From: an uncultured Gemmatimonadales bacterium
Lineage (GTDB): Bacteria > Gemmatimonadota > Gemmatimonadetes > Gemmatimonadales > GWC2-71-9
NCBI GenBank assembly: GCA_963844035.1
Contig: CAWJMT010000004.1
Span: 391,566-455,565, forward strand
Length of the DNA stretch: 64,000 nucleotides
Direction: 5' to 3'
Shown here one piece after another: positions 1 through 10,672 of the stretch (the first letter of the stretch is position 1; every line of letters starts with the position of its first letter). Below the pieces are notes generated by a model that saw only the letters and a list, made by a program, of their open reading frames with translations, was not told the origin of the DNA and ran no database searches. A program made the translations under genes and the position numbers.

Positions 1-732
1 ATGTCGCGCTGGGTGGACATAGCATTGGAGGAGGGCGTCCGCTTCTTCGTGACCTCGCTCGGCAACCCGCGCTGGGTGGTAGAGCGCGTGGGACCGGTGG
101 GGGGCGTGGTGTACCACGACGTGACCGAGCGGAAGTGGGCCGAGAAAGGCCTGGCGGGCGGGGTGCACGGCCTGATCGCCGTGAACGACCGCGCGGGCGG
201 ACATGCCGGCGGACTGAGCGCCGCGGCGCTGCTCGATGAGTTGCGCGACCTGAACGTCCCCGTCGTCTGCGCGGGCGGCATCGGCGACGAGGCCGACTTC
301 GTCGCCGCCCTGAAGCTCGGCTACGCCGGGGTCCAAATGGGGACCCGCTTTATCGCCACCACCGAATGCGGCGCGCACGACGACTACAAGCAGGCCATCG
401 TCGCCGCGTCGGAGAGCGATATCGTGCACACCGAGCGCGTCACCGGCGTCCCACTCGCGGTGATCCGCACGCCCTACGTGGAGCGCGTCGGCACCCGCGC
501 CGGCCCGATCGCCCGCTGGATGCTCCGCGGCCGCAACACCAAGCACCTCATGCGCACCATCTACGCGCTGCGCTCGGTGTGGCAGCTCAAGCGCGCGTCC
601 CTCGCCGGCGGCGCGCGCGAAGCAAGCTCGAAGGACTATTGGCAGGCAGGGAAGAGCGTCGCAGGAATTGAGAGCATCGAGCCCGCCGGTGATATCGTGC
701 GCAGGTTTGCGGAGGCGGCGCTTACCACGTAA
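1..732 (+). CDS. Nitronate monooxygenase/FabK-like flavin oxidoreductase, probably 5'-truncated by the window edge
   Basis: AGGH, VCAGGIGD and GVQMGTRFIAT motifs, plus C-terminal WQAGKSV. Confidence 0.85.
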   Translation: MSRWVDIALEEGVRFFVTSLGNPRWVVERVGPVGGVVYHDVTERKWAEKGLAGGVHGLIAVNDRAGGHAGGLSAAALLDELRDLNVPVVCAGGIGDEADFVAALKLGYAGVQMGTRFIATTECGAHDDYKQAIVAASESDIVHTERVTGVPLAVIRTPYVERVGTRAGPIARWMLRGRNTKHLMRTIYALRSVWQLKRASLAGGAREASSKDYWQAGKSVAGIESIEPAGDIVRRFAEAALTT

Positions 733-736
733 CCAT

Positions 737-771
737 CTGCCCGCCTGCCCGCCCTCCCGCCTTCCCGCCCT
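737..771. repeat. Short 8-bp-period CCCGCC tandem repeat
   Basis: ctgcccgc ctgcccgc cctcccgc cttcccgc, just after the stop codon. Confidence 0.6.
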
Positions 772-786
772 CTTACATTTCCGCCC

Positions 787-1801
787 ATGCAACCATCCAC
801 ATCCGTCGTCACCATTGAACGCTTCATCCTCGACCAGGAACGTCGCTCCCCCAGCGCGCACAGCGGCCTGGCGGATCTGCTCTACGATCTCGCCCTCGCC
901 GCCAAGATCATCTCCCGCCAGGTGCGACGCGCCGGGCTCACCGACATCTTGGGCGCCGCCGGGACGAGCAATTCCTCGGGCGAGCAGCAGCACATGCTCG
1001 ACCTGTTCGCGCGCGATGCGATCCACAGCGCCGTCCAGTACTCCGGCTGCCTCTGCATGATGGCCTCGGAAGAAGACGAGGACCCGATCCACCTGCCGCC
1101 CGACGCCGAGGTCGGGGACTACGTCCTGTTGCACGACCCGCTCGACGGGTCGTCCAACATCGACGTGAACGTCTCCACCGGAACGATCTTCTCGGTCCAT
1201 CGGCGCGTGACCGCACCTGCCGAGCAGCCGTCGCTCGCCGACTGTCTCCAGGTGGGCCGTCGTCAGGTGGCGGCGGGATACATCCTGTACGGGTCGAGCA
1301 CGATGATGGTCTACACGACCGGTCAGGGCGTGCATGGGTTCACGCTCGACCCGACCATCGGCGAGTTCCTGCTCTCGCTTCCCAACATGAAGACGCCAAC
1401 GGTGGGCAAGTACTACAGCATCAACGAGAGTTACCGCGATCGCTGGACCCCGGGGGTGCAGCACGCGGTGACCGCGTTTCGGAACGGCGAAGGCAAAGTG
1501 AAGCCGAAGGGGGCACGCTACATCGGTTCGCTGGTGGCGGACCTGCACCGCAACCTCATCACCGGCGGCGTGTTTCTCTATCCGGCGGACAGCAGCTCGC
1601 CACAAGGCAAGCTGCGGCTCATGTACGAGGCGGCGCCGCTCGCGATGGTCGTAGAGCAAGCGGGCGGAGCGGCGACCGATGGACGGGGCCCGATCCTCGA
1701 TCTTGTCCCCAAGCGCCTGCATCAACGCACGCCGCTCGTGATCGGCAGCAAGGCGAGATGTGGCGTTCGTAACGGAAATCATGTCCGCGGAGCCAAGATG
1801 A
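787..1801 (+). CDS. fbp: Class 1 fructose-1,6-bisphosphatase (apparent frameshift ~1755; true end probably ...EIMSAEPR*)
   Basis: [31 protein letters not shown] and GKLRLMYEA motifs. Confidence 0.92.
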
Positions 1802-1947
1802 CCAGGAACAGCGGTGGAAATCCCGACCCGATGGCGCAGCACAGCGTGGCGATGCCGCTGGTGGAGTAGCGCGCCTTCACGCGGACTTCACCGTGTCTTG
1901 GGCCGCCCGGGGCAAGGTTGGGGTAGTCACTTCAGCCGGAGACCGAG

Positions 1948-2616
1948 ATGCCCCTTACCACGAAGCGAACCCGCAGCGCACGCACGGGTGCTGCGCGGGC
2001 CCGCACCCCCGCCCTGCCGATGCCGGCCGCATTGTACGACGCGACGGAGACCGCCGACATCGTCACCATTCCAGCCCGAACGGTCCTCGCGATCGCGAAC
2101 CACGGCGCACCCGAGTCGAAGCTGTTCGAGCAAAGCGTGGGCGCGGTGTACGGGTTGGCGTATACGCTCAAGTTCGCCCGCAAGAAGGCAGGCGGGCGGG
2201 ACTTCAAGATCGGCCCGCTGGAAGGGCGTTGGTGGGCCGCCGATCTCACCCGCCGCTTGGTGGACGTTCCGCGCGACGAGTGGCATTGGGAGCTGCGGCT
2301 TGCGCTCCCCGATGACGCCACGCCGGCGGAGCTCGCGGCCGTGATCGAAGCGGCCACGACCAAGAAGGGCGGCAAGCTCGAAGGGAGCGCCGCCGCGCGC
2401 CAGGCGAAGCTCGAACACCTCCCGGCAGCTCGATACGGCCGCGTGCTGCACGTGGGACCGTACAAGGAGGAGGGGCGGAGCTTCGGCAGGATAATCGAGG
2501 TGTTGCAGGCCGCAGGGCTGACTCCGCGCAACCGCCATCTCGAGGTGTACCTCAACGACCCCAGGCGCACCAAACCTGAGCGCGTGAAGACGGTGGTGCT
2601 GCTCGAGATCGACTAG
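1948..2616 (+). CDS. GyrI-like small-molecule-binding domain protein
   Basis: PLEGRWW, LHVGPY and HLEVYLNDPRRT motifs. Confidence 0.85.
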   Translation: MPLTTKRTRSARTGAARARTPALPMPAALYDATETADIVTIPARTVLAIANHGAPESKLFEQSVGAVYGLAYTLKFARKKAGGRDFKIGPLEGRWWAADLTRRLVDVPRDEWHWELRLALPDDATPAELAAVIEAATTKKGGKLEGSAAARQAKLEHLPAARYGRVLHVGPYKEEGRSFGRIIEVLQAAGLTPRNRHLEVYLNDPRRTKPERVKTVVLLEID

Positions 2617-2628
2617 CCGCGCGCGGAT

Positions 2629-2689
2629 TGACCCCGGGGCGATGCCCCGGGGTCAGGGCCGAGGGTCGGGGGTGCCCCGGGGTCAGGGC
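2629..2689. repeat. REP-like palindrome between convergent genes (TGACCCCGGGGC-gat-GCCCCGGGGTCA plus a repeated half)
   Basis: Perfect inverted repeat; the right arm resembles the ends of the 17.4 and 18.4 kb elements. Confidence 0.65.
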
Positions 2690-3739
2690 ACCTTCACCAG
2701 GCAACACCCGACCGGACACACATCCTGCCACGCCCCCATCGTGCCCAGCGCCTCGCGCTTACGCCGCTCGGTCATCCGCTCGACGATCAGGTCGCGGATC
2801 ATCCGCACGAACGCCGGCGCCGTGCCCACCGTCGCGGCCCGCACCATGTACAAGCCCAACTCGGCCGCCGTGTCCTTCGCCTCGTGGTCCAGGTCGAACA
2901 GCACTTCCATGTGATCGGAGATGAAGCCCGATCGGCGCGAGCACCACGTCCTTTGCGCCGGCCGCCGCTATTTCCTTGAGGTAGTCCAAGACGTCGGGGC
3001 CGAGCCACGGCATGTGGGGCGCGCCGCTGCGGCTCTGGTACACCAGGTCCCACGCTTTCCGGCCCGCGCCTTCCGCGACGAGCCGGCATGCCTCGGCGAG
3101 CTGCACCTCGTACGCGCTCCCCTTGGCCATCGTGGCCGGAATCGAGTGGGCCGTGAATGCCACGCGGGCCGCGGGCCGCCGCGCCGCGGGAATCTGCTCG
3201 AGCGCCGCTTTCAGGTTCGCGATGCTGGGCTCGATGAAGCCGGGGTGGTTGAAGAACACCCGGATCTTGTCGATCTCGGGCGCGCCCGGGACCGCGTCGA
3301 GCGCGCGGATGATGTCCTCGCGGTACTGCCGGCACCCCGAGTAGGTGCTGAACCCCGACGTGACGAACGCGATCGCCCGCTTGACGCCTGCGTCGCGCAT
3401 CTCGCGCACCGTGTCGGTGATGAACGGCTGCCAGTTGCGGTTGCCGAAATAGACCGGCAGGTGCGGACCGTTGGCCTTGAGCTCGGCTTCCAACGCGCGA
3501 ATCAACGCGCGATTCTGGGCGTTGATCGGGCTCACCCCGCCGAACTGGTCGTAATGGTGCGCCACCTCCAGCAGCCGCTCGCGGGGAATGTTGCGGCCCT
3601 GGGTGACGCGCTCGAGAAACGGCATCACGTCGGCCGGCCCCTCGGGGCCGCCGAACGACATCACGAGCACCGCGTCGTATTCCCTCGCGATGTCGTCAAA
3701 CCGTGATGCATCGGGGGTCAGGGCCCCACGTACCGTCAT
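2683..3739 (-). CDS. hemH: Ferrochelatase (HemH/CpfC family), frameshift ~2925
   Basis: SFGGPE, GGVSPIN, FTAHSIP and YQSRSG..WLGPD motifs; C-terminus (MEVLFDLD) lies in a second frame. Confidence 0.9.
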
Positions 3740-3981
3740 GTCCGCCTCGGCTCCGCGCTTGGGAGCAGGGAATCTAGTCGGGGACGGAAGTCGTTCCGTA
3801 ACCTCCACCGCGCCGCCGTGCGCGAGTGAACTCGCGGCTCGGCATCTGCCCGTAAACGGGCCGGGCCGTACCCGCTTTAGCGGGAGATGCCGAGCCGCGG
3901 CTTTAGCCGCGCGCCGGCGCGAGGAAACGCAGGCCTCACGCCGTTCGCGGCACCGCCCGGGAAACCCACGCTACTGCACCA

Positions 3982-4009
3982 TTGACATATGCCGATATGG
4001 GAATATCTT
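3982..4009 (+). promoter_or_regulatory. Sigma70-like promoter (TTGACA-16 nt-TATCTT) overlapped by an imperfect palindrome; likely leaderless ArsR operon
   Basis: ATATGCCGATATGGGAATAT at 3987-4006; ATG at 4016 lies 7 nt after the -10 box. Confidence 0.7.
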
Positions 4010-4015
4010 TCACCC

Positions 4016-4369
4016 ATGGCACGAGCCGCCACGACGTCCGACGCCTTCAACGCGATCGCCGAGCCGCAACGCCGGCGGATCCTGATGCTCCTCAAGGGGC
4101 GCGAGCGACCGGTGAACGATCTGGCGCGCGCGCTGCGCGTCACTCAGCCTAGGGTCTCCAAGCACCTCCGCGTGCTGCGCGAAGTCGGCCTGGTGCGGGT
4201 GCGGGAGGCGGGACAGCAGCGTCTCTACGCGCTCGACGCGCGCGGGCTGAAGCCGATCCACACGTGGGCCGGGGGCTTCGAGCGGTTCTGGAACGAAAGC
4301 TTCGATCGTCTCAATGAGTACGTGAAACAACTCGGGAGGCAGGACAAGACTCATGGCCAGAGCAACTGA
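4016..4369 (+). CDS. ArsR/SmtB-family transcriptional regulator
   Basis: FNAIAEPQRRRIL and QPRVSKHLRVLRE motifs. Confidence 0.92.
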   Translation: MARAATTSDAFNAIAEPQRRRILMLLKGRERPVNDLARALRVTQPRVSKHLRVLREVGLVRVREAGQQRLYALDARGLKPIHTWAGGFERFWNESFDRLNEYVKQLGRQDKTHGQSN

Positions 4370-4835
4370 CTCGGCGACGGACCGGGAGGTCGTCGTCGCG
4401 CGCACCATTGAGGGCCCCAGGCCCTTGGTGTTCGAGGCGTTCAGCGACGTGAAGCACCTCGCGCACTGGTTCGGCCCCAACGGCTTCACCACCACAACCC
4501 ATCGGTTCGAATTTCGACTGGGTGGCGTGTGGGACTACATAATGCACGGCCCTGACGGTACCGACTATCCCAACTACGTCGTGTACCGCGAGATCGTGCC
4601 CCCCGAGCGGATCGTCTTCGACCACGGCTCGCGCGCCGACGACCCGAAGTCATTCGTCTCAACCGTCACCTTCGTCGAACGCGGCCCCGCTACCGAGGTC
4701 ACGATGCGCGCCGTATTCAAGACCAAGGCGATGCGCGACGAGGTGGTCGACCGATTTGGCGCCATCGAAGGCGGCAAGCAGACGCTGGGGCGCCTCGCCG
4801 GCTACATCGCAACTTTGAAAGCAGGAGGGAAATGA
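4353..4835 (+). CDS. SRPBCC/AHSA1 (START-like) domain protein
   Basis: WFGPNGF, MHGPDG and YREIVPPERIVF motifs; typical ArsR partner. Confidence 0.9.
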   Translation: MARATDSATDREVVVARTIEGPRPLVFEAFSDVKHLAHWFGPNGFTTTTHRFEFRLGGVWDYIMHGPDGTDYPNYVVYREIVPPERIVFDHGSRADDPKSFVSTVTFVERGPATEVTMRAVFKTKAMRDEVVDRFGAIEGGKQTLGRLAGYIATLKAGGK

Positions 4836-5398
4836 ACATGCGGCGCCTCATCATGTGGAACTTGCAGACGCTCGACGGCTACTTCGACGGCGCGAAACCC
4901 TGGGACCTCGCCTTCCACGAGACCGCGTGGGGCCCCGAGTTGGAGCAGCTCTCAATGGAACAGGGCAAGGCGATCGGGACGCTGCTGTACGGCCGCGCCA
5001 CCTACCTGGGGATGGCCGATTACTGGTCGAAGGCCGAGGGCCCGATCGCCGAGTGGATGAACGCCGTGCCGAAGATCGTGTTCTCGAAGACGCTGTCTGA
5101 GGCCACGTGGAATAACACGCGGCTGGTGCGCAGCGATGCGGTTGAAGAGGTCAAGCGACTCAAACGCGAGCCCGGCAAGGATCTGTTCGTGTTCGGCAGC
5201 GCTGGGCTGTCGGACGCGCTCGTGCGCGCGGGCTTGTTCGACGAGTACCGCATCTGCCTGGCGCCGATCGTGCTCGGAACCGGCGTCCCGCTCTTCAAGC
5301 CGGCGAGTGAGAGCCATCGCCTCAAGCTGCTCGAGGCGCGAGCGCTCGCGACGGGGGGCGTCATCCTGCGGTACGCGCCGTTCGAGGCGGCGGCCTAG
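4832..5398 (+). CDS. Dihydrofolate reductase-like (RibD C-terminal) protein
   Basis: TLDGYF, LLYGRATY, PKIVFSKTL and DEYRICLAPIVLG motifs. Confidence 0.9.
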   Translation: MNMRRLIMWNLQTLDGYFDGAKPWDLAFHETAWGPELEQLSMEQGKAIGTLLYGRATYLGMADYWSKAEGPIAEWMNAVPKIVFSKTLSEATWNNTRLVRSDAVEEVKRLKREPGKDLFVFGSAGLSDALVRAGLFDEYRICLAPIVLGTGVPLFKPASESHRLKLLEARALATGGVILRYAPFEAAA

Positions 5399-5408
5399 GG
5401 CAACGAAA

Positions 5409-5436
5409 AGCCCTGCAACGGATTCGTTGCAGGGCT
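5409..5436. terminator. Hairpin between convergent genes
   Basis: AGCCCTGCAACG-gatt-CGTTGCAGGGCT. Confidence 0.65.
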
Positions 5437-5463
5437 GAATCGTCGGGGAGATGCGAGGCACGG

Positions 5464-5960
5464 TTAAGCCGCCACGGGCCGCACCACGAGAAGCTCGCTC
5501 TCGACGCGTTTGACACCAGCCACCCGACTTGCGGCCCGCTCCGCCTCGAGCTTCTCGGGCAAAGTCCTCACCGTACCAGACAGCCGCACAGTGCGAAGAC
5601 GGACATCGACTTTGACGTCAGTCGCATCGAGCAGCGGGTCTCGAGCGAACTGATCGAACACATCAGCTTGCAGCTCTCGCTCAGCGACGGCGATCCCGTC
5701 GTCTTCAGCCCGCCACATCTCGATGGCGAGTCCCCGCCTCTCCGGGAGAACCGCCGGCGATCGAACGCCGCGGGGAGTCCGGCGCGCTTCTGCTTCCCGG
5801 TCTTCGCCACCAACCGGGCCGCGAACCTGCGGGCGAGGGATCGCGCACGCCCTATCACCCGGCGAACCGCCGTCCCGGACTTCCGACTTCCGCTGTTGCG
5901 CGAGCGGCCACCTGACGGCTGGCTCGCGACAAACGGCCGTGAACCTGTAGTGGTTTCCAT
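5464..5960 (-). CDS. BON-domain protein, frameshifted
   Basis: C-terminal BON (V.V......V.LSG.V......AE..A..V.GV..V); GAGG RBS before the ATG at 5960. Confidence 0.7.
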
Positions 5961-6026
5961 ACTTACCTCCTGCCTGAAGGCACGTTTTGACAATGTTTGT
6001 GCCTCCACAACGCCGGCACCCTGGAA

Positions 6027-6449
6027 TCAGTTCCGCGCCTTACGGCGCTTAGCATCGAGACTCCACGGCCCCGCCCCCGCGGCGGAGAAGTAGAGCCACA
6101 CGAAGCAGAACAGCGCCGCCCCCGTCCCCTGGTTCACCACGAGCCAGGGGCTCGCGGGGTAGTGAAACTGGAAGTACGCCACGGCCATCTCGCCCGCGAG
6201 AAGAAATGCGACCGGGCGCGTGAACAGACCCACCAGCAGCAGGAGTCCCCCGACAACTTCGAGTACGCCGCCGATCCAGGCTTGAGTCATCACCGTGGCG
6301 ATGGCGTTGTTCGGCGGCATCCCGATGGGCAGCCCAAAGAGCTTCATCGCTCCGAACTGAATGAACATGATGGCCCCCATGATCCGGAGGAGGCTCAGGA
6401 GCTGCGGGGCAAACGATCGCCACCGCGCGGCAACATTGGACTCGGTCAT
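6027..6449 (-). CDS. DoxX family membrane protein
   Basis: LLRI, GAMKLFG, GLFTRPVAFLLAGEMAVAYF and GAGPWSLD motifs. Confidence 0.9.
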   Translation of the reverse strand: MTESNVAARWRSFAPQLLSLLRIMGAIMFIQFGAMKLFGLPIGMPPNNAIATVMTQAWIGGVLEVVGGLLLLVGLFTRPVAFLLAGEMAVAYFQFHYPASPWLVVNQGTGAALFCFVWLYFSAAGAGPWSLDAKRRKARN

Positions 6450-6499
6450 GTTCGTCGCATCCCTCGTGTGGGGAGCAGGAAAATTAGCCGGGATGCGCG

Positions 6500-7887
6500 C
6501 TACAGCAGCGTCCCCCGCAGGAGCAGCAGCGCCACTCCGAAGTAGATGCACAGGCCCGTGACATCCACGAGGGTCGCGACGAACGGGGCCGACGCAGTCG
6601 CGGGATCGAACCCCAGCCGGCGCAGGATGAACGGCAACATGCTGCCGGTGAGCGTCCCGAACCCGACGACCCCGACCAGCGCTCCGGCACACCGTGGACG
6701 CGACCAACAGGTAGTGCGGGCCGTAGTCGGTGAAGTGCAAGTGCTGCCACAGGACGATGCGGAGAAATCCGATCCCGCCGAGGAACCCACCGAGGGCCAG
6801 GCCGGCCGCGATCTCGCGGCCCATGACCCGCCACCAGTCCCGCAGCCTGAGCTCGTGCAGCGCCAGCGCCCGGATGATCAACGACGTCGCCTGCGACCCC
6901 GAGTTGCCGCCGCTGCTGATGATCAGCGGCACGAACAGCGCCAGCACCACCGCGCGCGCGATTTCGGCTTCGAAGAAGCCCATCGCGGTCGCTGTCAGCA
7001 TCTCGCCCAGAAACAACGCCGCCAGCCAGCCGCCGCGCTTTTGCAGCATGGTTCTGAAGTTCACGTCCACGTACGACGCGCCGAGTGCCTCCGATCCGCC
7101 GAGCCGCTGGATGTCATCCGTGGCCCGCTGCTCAGCGATGTCGAGCACGTCGTCCACGGTGATGATGCCCAGCATGATACCCGTTGTTATCGGTGACGGG
7201 GAGCACGGTGCGGTCATACTTCGCGAAGGCCTTCAAAACGGTGTCACGATCGTCCGTGGCGCGCACCGACACGAACTCGGGATCTTCGATCGCCAGCACG
7301 TTCGTGTCGGCGTGCGCCAGCACCAGGTTGGCGAGCCGGACGTCCTCGATCAACTTGCCGCCGGGGTCGATGATGTACACCCAGTTGAGCGTTTCCTTGC
7401 CGCGCCCCGTTTCGCGGATTTTGTCGAGCGCGGTCGCGGCAGTCATGTCCGGATAGATCCACGCGTACTCGGGCGTCATGTAGCGGCCGGCGGTGTTTTC
7501 CGGGTACCCGAGCAGCGCGCGGGTATCCTGGAGCTGCTGCGGATCGAGCTGCAGCAGCAGCGTTCGCGTCACTTCGGCGGGCAGCTCCTCGAGCAGATGC
7601 GTGCGGTCGTCGGGAGGCATCTCGTCGAGCAGCTTCCGTACCTGCTCGTTCGACAGGGACTCGAGCAGGGTGCGCTGCTCCGCGGGAGGCAGATACGAGA
7701 ACACTCGCGCTGCCTTTTCCTTGGGAAGCAGCCGGAAGATGATGCCCTCGGTTTCGGTCGGGTGGTCGATGATCACGTCCGCGACATCGGACGGGTGCAA
7801 CCCTACCAATGCGTACCGCAGGTCATCCCACTGCCGCGCCGCGACCAGCTCCGCGATCACGTCTCGCTCTTCAGTCAACCGACTCAC
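6500..7887 (-). CDS. mgtE: Magnesium transporter MgtE (two apparent frameshifts)
   Basis: [17 protein letters not shown] pair, [15 protein letters not shown] and [16 protein letters not shown], spread over three frames. Confidence 0.92.
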
Positions 7888-8127
7888 GGTGGTCTGTCCC
7901 TCCGTTGGGTGGTCCGCCCTCGCCCGTGGACGCACACGTTGGGGCACGCGTCCGTTTCTGCCAAGCCCCGAGTCCGGCTAGCGCAGCTCGAGCAGAATCA
8001 AGCGGCGAGATGAGAAGGCCTTCACCTCCACCTCATGGCCCCTTGGCAAGCCACCTCCCTACTTGAATGACAGCCTCCGGGTGAACGCACACCCGGAGCG
8101 CGCCATCGCCACGTCGAGGAGGCTCCC

Positions 8128-9165
8128 ATGGGCAGGACCATCGCTGTCGCATTGCTCTCGCTCGCCACGCTTACCGCCCGCGCCCCGGCGCAGGATTCGC
8201 TCCTGACCCGGGCGCGGCAGCTGTTCCAGCCGATCCCGGCCGCGCCGCCCGCGCTGCCCGGCAACGCCGCGACCGCGGCGAAGGTCGATCTGGGACGGAT
8301 GCTGTACTTCGATCCGCGGCTCTCGGCCAGCCACGCCATCAGCTGCGCCTCCTGCCATAGCATCGGCCTTGGCGGAGCTGATGCGACGGAAACCTCCGTG
8401 GGCCATCGTTGGCAGCGGGGCGGCCGCAACGCACCCACGGTCTTCAATGCGGTCTTCAACACCGCGCAGTTCTGGGACGGGCGGGCCAAGGACCTCGAAC
8501 AACAGGCGGGCGGGCCGGTGCTCAATCCGGTCGAGATGGGATCGCCCGCGAGCCATGTGGCGGAGCAGTTGAAGGGTATCCCGGGCTACTTCGGCCCGTT
8601 CACCCTGGCGTTCCCGGGCCAGTTGGATCCGATCACCCTGGCGAACGTGCAGAAGGCGATTGCGGTGTTCGAGGCGACGTTGATCACACCCAACGCCCCG
8701 TTCGATCGCTATCTCGCCGGCCAAGCCGGCGCGCTGTCGCCGAGCGAGAAGGACGGCCTGCGCCTGTTCATGGACAAGGGGTGCGCCAGCTGCCACGACG
8801 GAAGGAATCTGGGAGGAGGACGATACGCCCCCTTTGGCGTGGTGGAGAAACCGGGTGCCGCCTTGCTGCCGCCGGACGACAAGGGCCGGTTCATGGTCAC
8901 CAAGACGCCAGGCGACGACTACGTGTTCAAGGTTCCAACGCTGCGGAACATCGCCCTCACGGCTCCCTACTTCCACACCGGCAAGGCCTGGGATCTTCGC
9001 CAGTCGGTGGCGGTGATGGGAACGAGCCAGCTCGGCGCTCAACTCAGCGACGACGAAGTGGAGAGAATCACCGAGTTTCTGCGGAGGTTGACCGGCGACC
9101 AGCCGAAGGTGGTCTACCCCGTGCTTCCCCCCAGCGTTGGGACGACGCCGCGGCCGGAGCCCTAG
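8128..9165 (+). CDS. Di-heme cytochrome c peroxidase
   Basis: Signal peptide; CASCH twice; QFWDGRA; FKVPTLRNI..TAPYFH. Confidence 0.93.
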   Translation: MGRTIAVALLSLATLTARAPAQDSLLTRARQLFQPIPAAPPALPGNAATAAKVDLGRMLYFDPRLSASHAISCASCHSIGLGGADATETSVGHRWQRGGRNAPTVFNAVFNTAQFWDGRAKDLEQQAGGPVLNPVEMGSPASHVAEQLKGIPGYFGPFTLAFPGQLDPITLANVQKAIAVFEATLITPNAPFDRYLAGQAGALSPSEKDGLRLFMDKGCASCHDGRNLGGGRYAPFGVVEKPGAALLPPDDKGRFMVTKTPGDDYVFKVPTLRNIALTAPYFHTGKAWDLRQSVAVMGTSQLGAQLSDDEVERITEFLRRLTGDQPKVVYPVLPPSVGTTPRPEP

Positions 9166-9208
9166 TCGAGAGAGGCAAGGGACCGGGCGGCCGTTAGCTT
9201 TCCACCCC

Positions 9209-10672
9209 GTGACGGCCGCCCGATCCCTGCTCTGCACCGCGCTCGCGCTCACCGCATGTCATGCCGCGGGGGGAGAGCGCGTGTTCCGCTGGGGCGGCGA
9301 CGCCGAGGGCGGCGCGCCGTTCGTCGAGGCCGACCCGGCCGATCCCTCCCAGGTGCGCGGCTTCGACGTCGAGGTGGCGGCGACCATCGCCCGGGGGCTC
9401 GGCCGCGAACCCCAGTTCGTTCAGGTGCAGTGGTCCTCGATCGACCAGTCGGTCGAGCGCGGCGACTTCGAGATCGGGATGTCGGGCGTGGAAGACTCGC
9501 CCGCCCGCCGCGCACAGCACGCCGTCACCATCCCCTACTTCGAGTTTCGCGAAGTGCTCGCGGTCCGCGAGGGCGATCGCGACCGCTTCCGCCGGCTCGC
9601 CGATCTGCGCGGCCGCCGCGTCGCCACCCTCGGCGCCACGATGGCGTACGACATCCTGCTCGCGGCGCGCGACTCGTCGGGCATCATCCCCGTCTCATAC
9701 GACGACGACGTCCATCCCTACGGGGACCTGGTCGCGGGACGCGTGGATGCCGTGCTGCTCGATCACATCATCGCCCAGCGCGCTCTCTCCCGCGCTCCCG
9801 GCGGTTTCGTGATCCAGCCCGAGCCCGTAGCCGTCGGCCGCTACGTCGGCGTGCTCGCGCGCGCCAACGCTTCGTTGCGCGACTCGGTGAACACCGCGCT
9901 GACAGAAGCAATGCGCGACGGCACCCTGGAGCGCATCTTCCGCCGCTGGCAGGTGTGGGACGACACCCAGGGTGCCCTGTTCGCGCAGGTGCTGCGCTCG
10001 CCCGGAGCGGAGCGTACGGCGACGGCCACCGCGCCGGTTCAGGCGTTGGCCTACCTCCCCGCCCTGCTCCGCGCCGCTGGCGTGACTGCACTCGTGTCGG
10101 TGCTCGCGATGGCGCTCGCGGTGGTCGTCGGACTCCTGGTCGCGGCGGGGCGCGTGTATGGCAGCGCGCCCGTGCGCTGGCTCACCGCCTGCTACGTCGA
10201 AGTGGTGCGCGGGACCCCGGTGCTGCTGCAGCTGTTCGTCATCTACTACGGGCTGGTGGGGGTCGTCCGGTTGCCGGCGCTGCTCGCGGCCGTGCTCGGC
10301 CTGGGGCTCAACTATGCGGCGTACGAGGCCGAGATCTACCGCGGCGCGCTCGAGGCGGTGGCGCGGTCGCAGCTCGAGGCCGCGCGCACCCTCGGCTTCA
10401 GCGAAGGACAGATCCTCCGTCTCATCCGCGGCCCGCAGGCGTTGCGCTACGCGCTCGCGCCGATGACCAACGACTTCGTGGCGCTGCTCAAGGACTCGTC
10501 GCTCGTGTCGGTGATCACCGTCGTCGAGCTGACCAAGCAGACCGCGATCTACGCCACCAACGTCGGCAGCTGGATCGTCCCCGGGGCGCTGTGCGCCGCC
10601 GTGTACCTCGCGATGTCGCTGCCGCTCACGCACCTGGCGCGCCGGCTGGAGCGGCGCTGGAAGGTGGCATGA
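9209..10672 (+). CDS. Polar amino-acid ABC transporter, fused substrate-binding and permease domains
   Basis: GFDVEVA binding domain; VRGTPVLLQLF, AAYEAEIYR, EAA loop and LKDSSL. Confidence 0.9.
   Translation: MTAARSLLCTALALTACHAAGGERVFRWGGDAEGGAPFVEADPADPSQVRGFDVEVAATIARGLGREPQFVQVQWSSIDQSVERGDFEIGMSGVEDSPARRAQHAVTIPYFEFREVLAVREGDRDRFRRLADLRGRRVATLGATMAYDILLAARDSSGIIPVSYDDDVHPYGDLVAGRVDAVLLDHIIAQRALSRAPGGFVIQPEPVAVGRYVGVLARANASLRDSVNTALTEAMRDGTLERIFRRWQVWDDTQGALFAQVLRSPGAERTATATAPVQALAYLPALLRAAGVTALVSVLAMALAVVVGLLVAAGRVYGSAPVRWLTACYVEVVRGTPVLLQLFVIYYGLVGVVRLPALLAAVLGLGLNYAAYEAEIYRGALEAVARSQLEAARTLGFSEGQILRLIRGPQALRYALAPMTNDFVALLKDSSLVSVITVVELTKQTAIYATNVGSWIVPGALCAAVYLAMSLPLTHLARRLERRWKVA

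Noticed and set aside
7890..8120. Magnesium (M-box) riboswitch upstream of mgtE
   Set aside because: No recognisable conserved riboswitch sequence by eye; an Rfam scan would be needed.
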